This document shows, piece after piece, positions 43,952 through 53,832 of a DNA stretch of 64,000 nt (positions within the stretch are counted from its first letter, which is position 1; the number at the start of each line of letters is the position of its first letter). A program made the position numbers and the translations under genes. The stretch is taken from NCBI GenBank assembly GCA_030550025.1, contig JAUQQC010000002.1, positions 262,058-326,057 of the forward strand. Direction: 5' to 3'. The stretch comes from Acidobacteriota bacterium (GTDB lineage Bacteria; Acidobacteriota; Blastocatellia; HR10). The notes beneath the pieces are model-generated. The model saw nothing but the letters and a program-made list of their open reading frames with translations. It ran no database searches and was not told where the DNA came from.

Positions 43952-44731
43952 TCACCTTTCTGTCCGTCGCACCTTCAAGGGGACGACCGGGGGGATCGTC
44001 TTCCCCTCGCGCACGGCGAAGAAGCGCCGCACTTCTTCGGGCGTGAGGTATCGCCACATGCCCGGCTTCAACCCCTCATCGGTGAGGAACCCGATGGCCA
44101 CGCGCCGCAGCTTGAGGACGGAGTGGCCGATCAGGTCGAACATCTTGCGAATCTGACGGTTGATCCCCTGATAGAGCGTCACGGCATACCAGGCGTTCGT
44201 CCGCGTGCGTTCGATCTCGACGATCTCGCACGGCGCGGTGCGCTTGCCGTCAATGACCACGCCGCGCCGCAATCGTTCGATGGCCTTCTCGTCCGGGATG
44301 CCCTTGACCTTCACGTGATAGACCTTTGGGATCCGGAACTTCGCCGAGGTGATGAGATAGGTGAATTCCCCATCGTTCGTCAGCAGCAGCAACCCCTCCG
44401 TGTTGAAGTCCAACCGTCCCACCGGATGCACGCGCGGTGGAAGCGGGGGCAAAAGCTTCGTCACCAACGGTCGCCCCTGCGGATCGAAGAGGCTCGACAG
44501 ATACCCCTTCGGTTTGTTGAGCAAGATGTAGACCTTCTTCCGCGAATGCAGAAGGGGATTGATCAGCTTCCCCCGAACCTTGATGTGATCGCGCTCGGGA
44601 TCAGCCTTCGCCCCCAGTTTCGTGACGACTTGCCCGTTGACGGTCACCAGCCCCATGCGGATCAACTCCTCGGCCTTTCGCCGAGAGGCGATCCCCGCTT
44701 CGGCGATCAACTTCTGCAACCGCACTTCCAT
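43952..44731 (-). CDS. rluB: rRNA pseudouridine synthase, RluB/RsuA family
   Basis: RLQK.IA.AG.ASRR S4 domain, KPKG, VGRLD..TEGLLLLTNDG; follows scpB. Confidence 0.88.
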   Translation of the reverse strand: MEVRLQKLIAEAGIASRRKAEELIRMGLVTVNGQVVTKLGAKADPERDHIKVRGKLINPLLHSRKKVYILLNKPKGYLSSLFDPQGRPLVTKLLPPLPPRVHPVGRLDFNTEGLLLLTNDGEFTYLITSAKFRIPKVYHVKVKGIPDEKAIERLRRGVVIDGKRTAPCEIVEIERTRTNAWYAVTLYQGINRQIRKMFDLIGHSVLKLRRVAIGFLTDEGLKPGMWRYLTPEEVRRFFAVREGKTIPPVVPLKVRRTER

Positions 44732-44737
44732 GGCCGT

Positions 44738-45283
44738 TCATGAGCCCCCCGATCCCAGCTCCTCGAAGTCCTCGATCGTCGGCAGCTCGCTCAGATCATT
44801 CAGGCCGAATTGGATGAGGAACTCCCGTGAAGTTCCATACAGGATCGGGCGGCCGACGACCGGCTTTCGCCCCTTCGGTTCGATGAGGCGCTTCTCCAGC
44901 AACGTCTTCACGGCGCGCGCGGAGTTGACGCCGCGGATCTCTTGGATCTCCGGCAGCGTGATCGGTTGCTTGTAGGCGATGACGGCCAGCGTCTCCAGCG
45001 CGGCCATCGAGAGGCGGGCCGAGGGCCGCGTCTTCAAATACCGCCGGATGTAGTCGTGATATTCCGGGCGCGTGCTAATCCGATACCCCCCGGCGATGCG
45101 CCGCAGCTCCAATCCGCGCCCGTTGGCCTCGTACTCCTGCCGCAGCGCCTCCAGGGCCGCGTCGAGATTTGCCCGATCCACTTCCGGGAGGATCTGCGCC
45201 AACTCCTCCTCGGTGATCGGCTCCGAAGCGACGAAGATCAAAGCTTCGAGGATCGGCTTGAGCTCCTCGATCGTCATGGTCAT
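44738..45283 (-). CDS. scpB: SMC-Scp complex subunit ScpB
   Basis: EALIF, LS.AALETLAVIAY.QP.T, IRGV, GRP.LY.T...FL..FGL. Confidence 0.96.
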   Translation of the reverse strand: MTMTIEELKPILEALIFVASEPITEEELAQILPEVDRANLDAALEALRQEYEANGRGLELRRIAGGYRISTRPEYHDYIRRYLKTRPSARLSMAALETLAVIAYKQPITLPEIQEIRGVNSARAVKTLLEKRLIEPKGRKPVVGRPILYGTSREFLIQFGLNDLSELPTIEDFEELGSGGS

Positions 45284-45322
45284 CTCTCGATGGCCATCCC
45301 CCTCGCGCGAGGTTCCAGCGGC

Positions 45323-46123
45323 TCACATTGCGATCTCTGCCGAAGCGCGCACTCGCAGAGCCAGGAGGCGACCGAACCGCTCCGTCTGCACCAGTCGAAT
45401 GACGGCAACCCGTACCAATTCTAGCACGGCGAGGAAGAGGATCAACAGCTCGCGCCGCGAGCGCGCGGCCTCAAAGAGCGCCGTGATGTCCAGGCGCTCC
45501 TCTCGTTCGAGCAAGGCCCGCAGCTCCGCGATCTTCTCGGCCATCGTGATCTCCTCGCGAGCGAGGGTCAGCTCCCGCCGCTCCTTGAGCCGTTCCATGG
45601 CACGCTGGAAGGCGCAGAAGAGATCGAACAGCGTGGCGTTCACCTCCGGATTCGCGTCATCGGTCTCCAGGCGGCCGCGCGTGAAGACGGCCTGCTCTCG
45701 CTCGGCCTTCGACCAGAGGAGTTCGGCGGCCGTCTTGTACCTCTGATATTCGAGCAAGCGTTGGACGAGTTCTCGACGGGGATCCTCTTCCTCCTCTGCT
45801 TCCGCGGCTTGCGCCGAATCTCGCGGCAGCAGCATCTTCGACTTGATGTAGATGAGCGTCGCCGCCATGACCAGATATTCGCTGGCGATCGTCAGATCCA
45901 GCTCCTCCATGTGACGGAGGTATTCGAGATATTGCTCGGTGATGCGCGCGATGGGGATGTCGTAGATGCTCACCTGCTCCTTCTTGATGAGATGCAGGAG
46001 CAGATCGAGCGGACCCTCGAAGACGTCGAGCTTGACCGTGTAGCGAGGAAGCGGCTCCCCGTCGCGCTCCGATTCCCGAGGGGGGATCTCTTCGGGACGA
46101 TCAAGCCAGTCGTCCGCGCGCAC
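45323..46123 (-). CDS. scpA: Segregation/condensation protein ScpA (kleisin)
   Basis: FEGPLDLLL.LI, AATL..IKS.MLLP, DPR.ELV..LLEY, FLA.LEL. Confidence 0.96.
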   Translation of the reverse strand: MRADDWLDRPEEIPPRESERDGEPLPRYTVKLDVFEGPLDLLLHLIKKEQVSIYDIPIARITEQYLEYLRHMEELDLTIASEYLVMAATLIYIKSKMLLPRDSAQAAEAEEEEDPRRELVQRLLEYQRYKTAAELLWSKAEREQAVFTRGRLETDDANPEVNATLFDLFCAFQRAMERLKERRELTLAREEITMAEKIAELRALLEREERLDITALFEAARSRRELLILFLAVLELVRVAVIRLVQTERFGRLLALRVRASAEIAM

Positions 46124-46132
46124 GGTCCTCTC

Positions 46133-47116
46133 CTATACGGTCATCTGCATGGCCGCGCGAACGCGCGCCATCGTCTCGGCCGCATGTTGGCGGGCGCGAC
46201 GCGAACCTTCGACCAGAAGCTCTCGCACCTCTTCGGAGTGACTCTCGTAATACGCGCTCTTCTCGGCGATCGGAGCGAGTCGCTCGCGGAGGTTCTCGTA
46301 AAGGATGCGCTTGCAGTCCACGCAACCGATGCCGGCCCGACGGCACTCCACGTTTACGTGCGCCTGATGCTCCGGCGGGCTGAAGACGCGATGCAGCGCG
46401 TAGACCGGGCAGACGTCCGGATTCCCCGGATCGGTGCGACGCACGCGGGCCGGATCGGTCACCATCGTCCGCAGCTTCTCCCACATCAGCTCAGGCGGGT
46501 CGGTCAGGCGGATGTCGTTGCCGTAGCTTTTGCTCATCTTCCGGCCATCGGTGCCGGGAAGTCGCGGAGCGTGCGTCAAGAGCGCCTGCGGCTCTGGGAA
46601 GACCTCTCCGTAGAGCTTGTTGAACCGCCGGGCGATCTCGCGCGTCAACTCAATGTGCGGCACCTGATCTTCCCCGACCGGGACGAAATGGGCTTGGTAG
46701 ATCAAGATGTCGGCAGCTTGCAAGACCGGGTAGCCGAGGAAGGCGTAGTTCCCCAGGTCCTTTTCCCGGATGTTCTCCCGCTGCTCCTTATAGGTCGGAA
46801 CGCGCTCGAGCCATCCGAGCGGCGTCACGCAGGAGAGCAACAGATGCAGCTCCGCATGCTCGGGCACGAGCGATTGCACAAAGAGCGTCGCGCGGTTCGG
46901 GTCAAGCCCCGCCGCCAGCCAATCCCCAACCATGAGCAGCGTGTTCGGACGAATCTGCGATGGATCGGCATAATCCGTCGTGAGCGCATGCCAATCGGCG
47001 ACGAAGAAGAAGCACTCGTACTCGTGCTGAAGCTGCGTCCAATTCTTCAAGGCGCCTTCCAGATGACCGAGATGCAGCTTGCCCGTCGGTCGCATTCCGC
47101 TCACCACGCGCGGCAT
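46133..47116 (-). CDS. trpS: Tryptophan--tRNA ligase
   Basis: SGMRPTG.LHLGH, ADWHALT, YPVLQAADI, VPVGEDQ, KMSKS. Confidence 0.97.
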   Translation of the reverse strand: MPRVVSGMRPTGKLHLGHLEGALKNWTQLQHEYECFFFVADWHALTTDYADPSQIRPNTLLMVGDWLAAGLDPNRATLFVQSLVPEHAELHLLLSCVTPLGWLERVPTYKEQRENIREKDLGNYAFLGYPVLQAADILIYQAHFVPVGEDQVPHIELTREIARRFNKLYGEVFPEPQALLTHAPRLPGTDGRKMSKSYGNDIRLTDPPELMWEKLRTMVTDPARVRRTDPGNPDVCPVYALHRVFSPPEHQAHVNVECRRAGIGCVDCKRILYENLRERLAPIAEKSAYYESHSEEVRELLVEGSRRARQHAAETMARVRAAMQMTV

Positions 47117-47126
47117 ATGACCTCCT

Positions 47127-47801
47127 TCATTGGACGAGGAGATAGAGTTCGGTCACCGGTCGGATGTTCATGACCAGCCAAAAGACGGGAGCGAAGACCA
47201 GGCGCAGGACGCCCAGGAGCATCAAGCCGTAGAGCAAGAAGATGCCCAAGGGGCGGATCTGATCGAACACGTCGGCCGCGCTCTCCGGCAGCAGATGATA
47301 GAGGACCCAATGCCCATCCAGCGGCGGGATCGGGATGAGGTTGAAGACCGCCAGCGCGACATTCAGCATCACGCCGATGAGGAGCATCTTCCCCAAGGGA
47401 GTGAACAAGCCCCCTAAGCTTCGCGCCGTCGCCTCCCAATTCATGCCGAGCAGCAGGATGAGCCCTAAAAAGGTGCCGGCCAAAAGCAGATTGCTCCCGG
47501 GACCGGCCAGCGAGACAAGGATATGGTGCTTTCGCGTCTCGCGCAGATGCAGAGGGTTCACCGGGACCGGCTTCGCCCATCCGATCAGCGGCACGCCCGA
47601 GAAGAAGCTGAAGATCGGGAACAGGATCGTGCCGAACACGTCCACGTGGGCGGCCGGGTTGAGCGTCACCCTCCCCAGATAATACGCCGTGTAATCCCCG
47701 AATCGGTTCGCCGTCCACGCGTGCGCTGCTTCATGCAGCGAGAGGGAGAAGAGGAAGACGACGAACCAGAGGATGAAATCGCCGATGCTCCGTTCGATCA
47801 A
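47127..47801 (-). CDS. Site-2 protease (M50 family)
   Basis: HEAAH, GWAKPVP, AGP.SN, FNLIP.PPLDG. Confidence 0.93.
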   Translation of the reverse strand: MIERSIGDFILWFVVFLFSLSLHEAAHAWTANRFGDYTAYYLGRVTLNPAAHVDVFGTILFPIFSFFSGVPLIGWAKPVPVNPLHLRETRKHHILVSLAGPGSNLLLAGTFLGLILLLGMNWEATARSLGGLFTPLGKMLLIGVMLNVALAVFNLIPIPPLDGHWVLYHLLPESAADVFDQIRPLGIFLLYGLMLLGVLRLVFAPVFWLVMNIRPVTELYLLVQ

Positions 47802-47828
47802 GGCCGCTCGCTCCTTTCCAGGACCTGC

Positions 47829-48863
47829 TCACCACAGCTCGAGCAGGTATCCCCGAATGCCGAGAGGAAGCATGTACAGCTCCCCCTGCGTGCTCGCCAG
47901 GATCATATTGCCGGCATCGTCGAAGGCCAAGCCGACGAGCGTCTTCCCCGCGACGAAGAGGTCCGCTTCGCCGCGCGGGGTGATCTTGACGATGCCACGG
48001 CGCCCGCGCCAACTGGCAGCCACGTAGAGATTCCCTTCCACGTCGAAGGCGAGCCCTTGCGGTCGTCCGAGTCCCGTGAAGAAGAAGCCCACCTCGCCAT
48101 CGGGAGAGATCCGATAAATGGACTCATTGCTGGAGGCCGTCGGTCCCGTCACGTACAGATGCCCGTCGGGACCGAAGGCCAGATGATAGGCCGAGACGCT
48201 CGGCTCCAGCTCCGCAAAAGGCGTCGCTTCCCCGATCTCGTTCACGGCGAAGATTGTCCCGCTGCGATCTCCGACGAACATGCGCCCCTCGCGATCGAAC
48301 GCCAAGCCCGTCGCAATCCCCAGATCGCGGGCGAACGGCTCCGCTTCTTTGAAGGGCGAGATCCGATAGACGGTGCCGTCGTAGCGGCTCGTCACGAACA
48401 TCGTCCCCTCACGATCGAAGGCGATGGCCGTCGCGTTCATGATGTCGTGCAGGAACTCACTCTTCTCTCCAAGGGGCGAGATGCGGTAGATCGAGCACGG
48501 AACCTTTTGTCCTCGGCTGCCGCTATAGGTGACATAGATGTAGCCGCTCTCGACGTCGTAGGCGGGATTGGTCACCGGATGCAATTCGGTGGCGATCAAG
48601 CGGCCGACCAGGAAGGGGACGCTCGGACTGCGCTCGCCGTTGACCTCAATCACCAGCGGCACCGGCTGTGGTTCTCGTCCAGCTTCGCCGGGAACGGCGA
48701 CCGTCACTCGATGCGGCGAGGCTCCGACGATGCGGCCGGCCACGTTCCCGAAGAGAACGCGGAAACGGCCGAAGCGACTCGTATCCAGATCCCGGCACGT
48801 GATGATCACCTCTCCGCCGTCAACGCCCGCCGGCGGCGAGACGCTGATGATCGCTGGCCTCAT
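47829..48863 (-). CDS. IPT/TIG-domain plus beta-propeller (gluconolactonase/NHL-like) protein
   Basis: N-terminal P.I.SVSP..G..G..V.I; repeated GLAFD..G..YV blades. Confidence 0.75.
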   Translation of the reverse strand: MRPAIISVSPPAGVDGGEVIITCRDLDTSRFGRFRVLFGNVAGRIVGASPHRVTVAVPGEAGREPQPVPLVIEVNGERSPSVPFLVGRLIATELHPVTNPAYDVESGYIYVTYSGSRGQKVPCSIYRISPLGEKSEFLHDIMNATAIAFDREGTMFVTSRYDGTVYRISPFKEAEPFARDLGIATGLAFDREGRMFVGDRSGTIFAVNEIGEATPFAELEPSVSAYHLAFGPDGHLYVTGPTASSNESIYRISPDGEVGFFFTGLGRPQGLAFDVEGNLYVAASWRGRRGIVKITPRGEADLFVAGKTLVGLAFDDAGNMILASTQGELYMLPLGIRGYLLELW

Positions 48864-49000
48864 ATCGGCATCATCTCATGTGGGCCTTCCGGCACGCGCG
48901 ACGTATAATCATACGGTGAAAGCGCCGCGCTTGTCCACCGAGAGAGCCTTTTGCGCCAGGTAGCGGCGCGCTATAATCCCTCTTTCGGCGGAGGGGAGTC

Positions 49001-50335
49001 ATGTCGGGCGTCTACGAAGATTCGGCGGTCGGATTGCCCCATGCGGTTGAGACGGAACGTTCGATCCTCGGCCTCATCTTGCTCGATAATTCGGCGCTGC
49101 ATCACGTCCTGGCCCACTTGGATCGCGAGGATTTTTACATGGATGCCCATCGGCGCATCTTCGAGAAGATGATCGCGCTCTACGAGAAGGGGCGTCCTGT
49201 GGATCCGATCACGCTCAGGGAGGAGCTGGCGGCCTCGGGCGAATTGGAGCAGGTGGGGGGAGCCGCGGCCATCGCCCGATTGATGGACGGTCTGCCGCAG
49301 CTTCAGAATATCGAGCACTACGTCCGCATCGTTCGCGAGAAGTCGCTCTTGCGGAAGTTGATTCGCGCAGCCAATCAGATCATCACCGAATGTTTGGCTG
49401 CTCCGGAAGACCCCGAAGAGGTCTTAGATCGCGCCCAAGCGACGATCCTGCGCATCGCCGAGGAGCGCATGACGCGCGGCTTTGTCGGCATCGGGGAGAT
49501 CGCGCGCGCACAGCTTCTGCACGTCGAGCAGATGGCGGGTCGGCCGCACATGCTCACGGGGCTGCCGACGGGATTCACCGATTTGGATGAGATGACCTCG
49601 GGGCTTCAACCCGGCGATATGATCATCGTCGCTGGGCGACCCTCCTCGGGGAAGACGGGTTTCGCGCTCTCGATCGCCCAAAACGTCGCCGCCGCCGGAT
49701 ACGTCGTCGGGATCGCCAGCCTCGAGATGAGCAAGGAGCAGCTCGTGCAACGCATACTCTGCTCGGCCGCACGGATCAATCTCCACCGTTTTCGCGGGGG
49801 ATTCTTGAGCCGCGAAGAATGGGGGCGTCTGGCAGAGGCCTTGGGACGGCTGGCAACGTACAAGATCTTCATTGACGATACGCCCGCGATGACGGCGCTG
49901 GAGCTGCGCGCCAAGGCGCGACGCCTCAAGCACGAAAAAGGATTGGACCTGCTCATTGTGGATTACCTGCAGCTGATGGCCACGCGGGGGCGCTTCGAGA
50001 ATCGGCAGCAGGAGGTCTCGGCGATCTCCCGCGAGCTGAAGCAGATCGCCAAGGATTTGAACGTTCCTTTGATCGCCGTGAGCCAGCTCTCGCGCGCGCC
50101 CGAGGCGCGAACCAGCCACCGACCGCAGCTCTCGGACCTGCGCGACTCTGGGTCGCTCGAACAGGATGCCGATGTGGTGCTCTTCGTCTATCGGGAGGAG
50201 ATGTACAATCGGACTGAGGAGAACGAAGGGATCGCGGAGATCATCGTCGGGAAACAACGCAACGGGCCGACGGGCAGCGTTCAAGTGGCCTTCGTGAAGG
50301 AGTTCACGCGGTTCGAGAATCTCTGGCAGCAGTAG
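49001..50335 (+). CDS. dnaB: Replicative DNA helicase
   Basis: LP....E.S.LG, TGF..LD..T.G, GRPS.GKT, SLEM, DYLQL, SQLSR, LSDLR.SG.LEQDAD, KQRNGP; no intein. Confidence 0.97.
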   Translation: MSGVYEDSAVGLPHAVETERSILGLILLDNSALHHVLAHLDREDFYMDAHRRIFEKMIALYEKGRPVDPITLREELAASGELEQVGGAAAIARLMDGLPQLQNIEHYVRIVREKSLLRKLIRAANQIITECLAAPEDPEEVLDRAQATILRIAEERMTRGFVGIGEIARAQLLHVEQMAGRPHMLTGLPTGFTDLDEMTSGLQPGDMIIVAGRPSSGKTGFALSIAQNVAAAGYVVGIASLEMSKEQLVQRILCSAARINLHRFRGGFLSREEWGRLAEALGRLATYKIFIDDTPAMTALELRAKARRLKHEKGLDLLIVDYLQLMATRGRFENRQQEVSAISRELKQIAKDLNVPLIAVSQLSRAPEARTSHRPQLSDLRDSGSLEQDADVVLFVYREEMYNRTEENEGIAEIIVGKQRNGPTGSVQVAFVKEFTRFENLWQQ

Positions 50336-50445
50336 TGGCTCCCGCCCCCGGAAATCGCGTGCGGATAGCAAGCGGCGGCTATCAGTGCTAAAATACCCTT
50401 TGGCCGGTCAATGTAGATTGGCCGCAGGGTATTCGGAGGAGAGAG

Positions 50446-51411
50446 ATGAACGCCCTGAGTGCCGCTATGGTCGGTTTTCTCCTCTGGCTCATGGCTCCGC
50501 CCGTCCCGGCGCAGACGGCCCCCATTCAAGGAACGAGTTCCACCGATCAGCGAGCTTCTCCCGAACAAACGCCGGCCGTCCGGCTCGGCACGAACCTCGT
50601 CATCGTCCCGGTCACGGTCATGGATCCTTACGATCGGTTCGTCACCGGACTCAGGAAGGAGCATTTCGAGGTCTACGATGAGAAGGTCAAACAAGAGATC
50701 GTCTTCTTCAGCGAGGAAGACGCCCCTCTCTCGATCGGCATCGTCTTCGACGTCTCCGGCAGCATGCGCGAGAAGATCACCCGCGCCCGCGCGGCTCTGC
50801 GACGGTTTTTGGACACCAGCCATCCCGATGATGAGTTCTTCGTCGTCGCCTTCAACCACGAGGTGCAGCTCGCCCAGGACTTCACCACGAGCGCCGAGAC
50901 GATCATGTCCAAGTTGATGCTCATCGCGCCGCAGGGGCGCACGGCGCTCTACGACGCCGCGTATCTAGGGATAGAGAAGGTGCGACAAGGCAAGCATGCG
51001 CGCAAGGCCTTGCTCATCATCAGCGATGGACAGGATAACTCCTCGCGCTATACCTACGGTCAGTTGCGCGACCTCGTGAAGGAGTCTGACGTGCAGATCT
51101 ACGCCATCGGCATCTTCGGATTGAACGAGCGCGCCACCTCGAACGAGGCGCTCGGTCGCTCCATTCTGGAAGAGATCACCTCGCTCACGGGAGGGCGAGC
51201 CTTCTTCCCGGATACGCCCGTTGAACTCGATGACGTGCTCACGCGCATCGCCTTGGAGTTGCGCCATCAATACAGCCTCGGATTCTATCCGACGAACGCC
51301 TCGCGCGAAGGTGAGTGGCGCCGGATTCGCGTGCGCGTCAATCCGCCGCGCGGACTGCCGCGGCTGACCGTCCGGGCCCGCGAGGGGTACTATGCCACGC
51401 AACCGCAGTGA
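50446..51411 (+). CDS. Secreted Acidobacterial VWFA-related domain protein
   Basis: Signal peptide, LV.VPVTV.D, D.SGSM MIDAS, TALYDA, SDG.DN.S, GGRAFF, QY.LG.YP, R.GYY. Confidence 0.9.
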   Translation: MNALSAAMVGFLLWLMAPPVPAQTAPIQGTSSTDQRASPEQTPAVRLGTNLVIVPVTVMDPYDRFVTGLRKEHFEVYDEKVKQEIVFFSEEDAPLSIGIVFDVSGSMREKITRARAALRRFLDTSHPDDEFFVVAFNHEVQLAQDFTTSAETIMSKLMLIAPQGRTALYDAAYLGIEKVRQGKHARKALLIISDGQDNSSRYTYGQLRDLVKESDVQIYAIGIFGLNERATSNEALGRSILEEITSLTGGRAFFPDTPVELDDVLTRIALELRHQYSLGFYPTNASREGEWRRIRVRVNPPRGLPRLTVRAREGYYATQPQ

Positions 51412-51418
51412 GGGTGAG

Positions 51419-52477
51419 ATGCGCGACCAGACGTGCCATTGCCGCTTCAGCCTGAAGCGCCCGCTTTTGTGGGCGCTCGCGATATGGCTCGGCATGCCCA
51501 TCGTCATATGGCCACAGCAGGCGTCGCCGGTCGAAAGGCAGCAGAAGAAGAGCGCGCCTCAATCGCGGAGCGAGGAGGTCGGCGACGTCGTCGCCTTGAC
51601 GGCCGAGCTGGTCGTCCTCGACGTCACCGTCGTGGATCGTCGCCATCACGTCGTCGCCGATTTGGAGAAGGATCGCTTCGCCGTCTACGAGAACGGTGTG
51701 CGCCAGGAGATCGCGTTCTTCAGCCGGGAGGAGGCTCCGGTGAGCCTCGGCTTGGTGCTTGACACCAGCGGGAGCATGCGGCGCAAACTCAGCAAGGTCA
51801 TCGCAGCCGCCAAAAGCCTCATGCGCCAAAGCCATCCCGAGGACGAGTATTTCCTGGTCGAGTTCAAAGGCGAGGCGGAGCTGCTGGAGGACTTCACGCG
51901 GGACGCCTCCCTCATTCACGACGCTCTCGATAACCTCATCGCGAGCGGGCAGACGGCTCTCTTGGACGCCATCTATCTCTCGGTCGAGCACGCGCAGAAA
52001 TACGGTAAGCATCGGCGCAAGGCGATCTTCGTCGTCACCGATGGCGAGGAACGCAACAGTTACTACACCCGAGAGCAAGTGCTGGAGCGGTTGCGCGAGT
52101 CCGACGTGCAGGTCTACGCCATCGGTTTCACCGAAGGGCTCGGCGAAGCGGCCATTTTTCGGCAAACTGAGAGCCGCCGCTTGAGCGGTCAGGAGAAGAA
52201 GGCGCGCAAGCTCCTCGAAGAGCTGGCGCGTGAATCCGGCGGGCGCGCCTTCTTCCCGCAGAGCCTCGATGAGTTGGACGCCATCGCCAGCACCATCGCG
52301 CGAGAGCTGCGCGCGCAATACGCCATCGGCTACTATCCGAGCAATCCCGAGCGAGATGGAAGTTGGCGCACGGTCCGCGTCGAAGTCACGCCCGACAAAG
52401 AGCGCGGCCCCCTGACGGCGCGAACGCGCGCCGGATATTACGCCATGAAGAGAGACCCCGCGAAGAGAGCCCCTTGA
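51419..52477 (+). CDS. Secreted Acidobacterial VWFA-related domain protein (tandem paralog)
   Basis: DTSGSM, TALLDA, TDGEE..S, GGRAFFP, QY.IGYYP, R.GYY; alternative start 51392. Confidence 0.9.
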   Translation: MRDQTCHCRFSLKRPLLWALAIWLGMPIVIWPQQASPVERQQKKSAPQSRSEEVGDVVALTAELVVLDVTVVDRRHHVVADLEKDRFAVYENGVRQEIAFFSREEAPVSLGLVLDTSGSMRRKLSKVIAAAKSLMRQSHPEDEYFLVEFKGEAELLEDFTRDASLIHDALDNLIASGQTALLDAIYLSVEHAQKYGKHRRKAIFVVTDGEERNSYYTREQVLERLRESDVQVYAIGFTEGLGEAAIFRQTESRRLSGQEKKARKLLEELARESGGRAFFPQSLDELDAIASTIARELRAQYAIGYYPSNPERDGSWRTVRVEVTPDKERGPLTARTRAGYYAMKRDPAKRAP

Positions 52478-52677
52478 ATTCGGGAGATCAGTCGCCCCCT
52501 ACGCGCGCGGTTCATCCGCCGTCGGCCCATCCCCACCATTGTCGTAGGCCTCCCCGGAGGCGCTCAGGCGAGCGCTCCTTCCAGCACTCGCTCCAAAGTT
52601 TTCGCGTCGTTTCTGCTCCCCACTGCCGTTCAGCGAGAAACGGCTCACTGGCTCTCATACCCTTCTCCAGGCCTTCA

Positions 52678-53832
52678 TCACGCATTGGCGAGAGCAGCCA
52701 GTTCAATGAGAGCACGCGCGCACGCCAGGACATCGTCCACGCGCACGTGCTCCTCTAAGCCGTGAAGGCCTTCCCCTCCTGGGCCGAAGATCACCGTCGG
52801 GATGCCCGCCCGACCGAGAATCGCGGCGTCCGTCCAGAAACTCAATCCCACGTAGCTCGGCGAACCGCCGATTCGCGTCAGCGCCTCTCCGAGCTGGCGA
52901 GGCAGTTCGTGATCCGAAGGAATCTCATAGGGGGGGCGTTCGAGGAGCAGCCGGGCGTGACCGATGAATTCCGCATCTTCGCGTCGCGCATCGGCGAGGA
53001 GTTCTTCCACTTCGCGTAATGCTGTACCCGGGGGTTCTCCGGCGAGCGTCCGCCGCTCCATTTGGAGAACGCATTCATCGGGATACGTGCTCAGCTCACG
53101 CCCGCCGCGAATGAGCGAAGCGTGAAGAGAAGCTGTCCCGAGCCAGGGATGCGGCGGCCGTGCTTGCAGTCGCCGATCGAGTACCTCCAACCGCTGCAGT
53201 ACGCGCCCCATGCGCAGGATGGCGTCTCGGCCTTCTTGCGGACGACTCCCGTGCGCCGCGATGCCCGTGGTCACCACTTCGATCCACGCGAATCCCTTAT
53301 GCGCGACGCCGATCCGAAGATCGGTCGGCTCTAAGATCACAGCGGCATCCGCCGTCCACGTCCGCACTAAAGCTTCCGCGCCCAAGCTCGCATGCTCTTC
53401 GTCAATGACGGCAGCCAGGATCACGCGGCCGCGCCGCACGACACCTTTTTGCACCAGTGCGCGCGCTGCTCCGATCATCGCCGCTAATCCCCCCTTCATG
53501 TCCAACGCGCCACGTCCGTAGAGGCGTCCATCTCGTTCCTGGGGCTCAAACGGAGCGCTCATGCCCGCCACGCCGACTGTATCCAGATGTCCGCACCACA
53601 TCAGGGAGCGACCGGGCGCGCGTCCCTCCAGGACGGCGACCACATTCGGACGGTGGGGGACGACTTCCAAGACTTCAACATCCAGGCCGAGGCGTCGAAG
53701 CGTCATGGCGACCAACTCGGCGATCTCCTTCTCGCCCGCCCCGTCGGGGACGAGCGACGGATTCACCGAATTGATGGCCACCAGATCGCGCAGGAGTTGA
53801 AGCGTCCATTCGCGCATATGTTCGGGGCTCAC
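52678..53832 (-). CDS. M20 family metallo-amidohydrolase (ArgE/DapE-like)
   Basis: LV.INSVNP, GHLDTV, YGRGA.DMKGG, DEE, EPT, AHGS, FGPG...H..EE; GTGA overlap with the PhzF stop (alternative ATG 53817). Confidence 0.92.
   Translation of the reverse strand: MSPEHMREWTLQLLRDLVAINSVNPSLVPDGAGEKEIAELVAMTLRRLGLDVEVLEVVPHRPNVVAVLEGRAPGRSLMWCGHLDTVGVAGMSAPFEPQERDGRLYGRGALDMKGGLAAMIGAARALVQKGVVRRGRVILAAVIDEEHASLGAEALVRTWTADAAVILEPTDLRIGVAHKGFAWIEVVTTGIAAHGSRPQEGRDAILRMGRVLQRLEVLDRRLQARPPHPWLGTASLHASLIRGGRELSTYPDECVLQMERRTLAGEPPGTALREVEELLADARREDAEFIGHARLLLERPPYEIPSDHELPRQLGEALTRIGGSPSYVGLSFWTDAAILGRAGIPTVIFGPGGEGLHGLEEHVRVDDVLACARALIELAALANA

Noticed and set aside
33233..50335. Inteins in nrdJ or dnaB
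   Set aside because: Both have normal lengths and continuous motifs, with no intein splice-junction blocks
52512..52660. 48-aa Trp-rich ORF with a GGAG SD downstream of the M20 gene
   Set aside because: No recognisable motif; cannot be supported without homology or expression data
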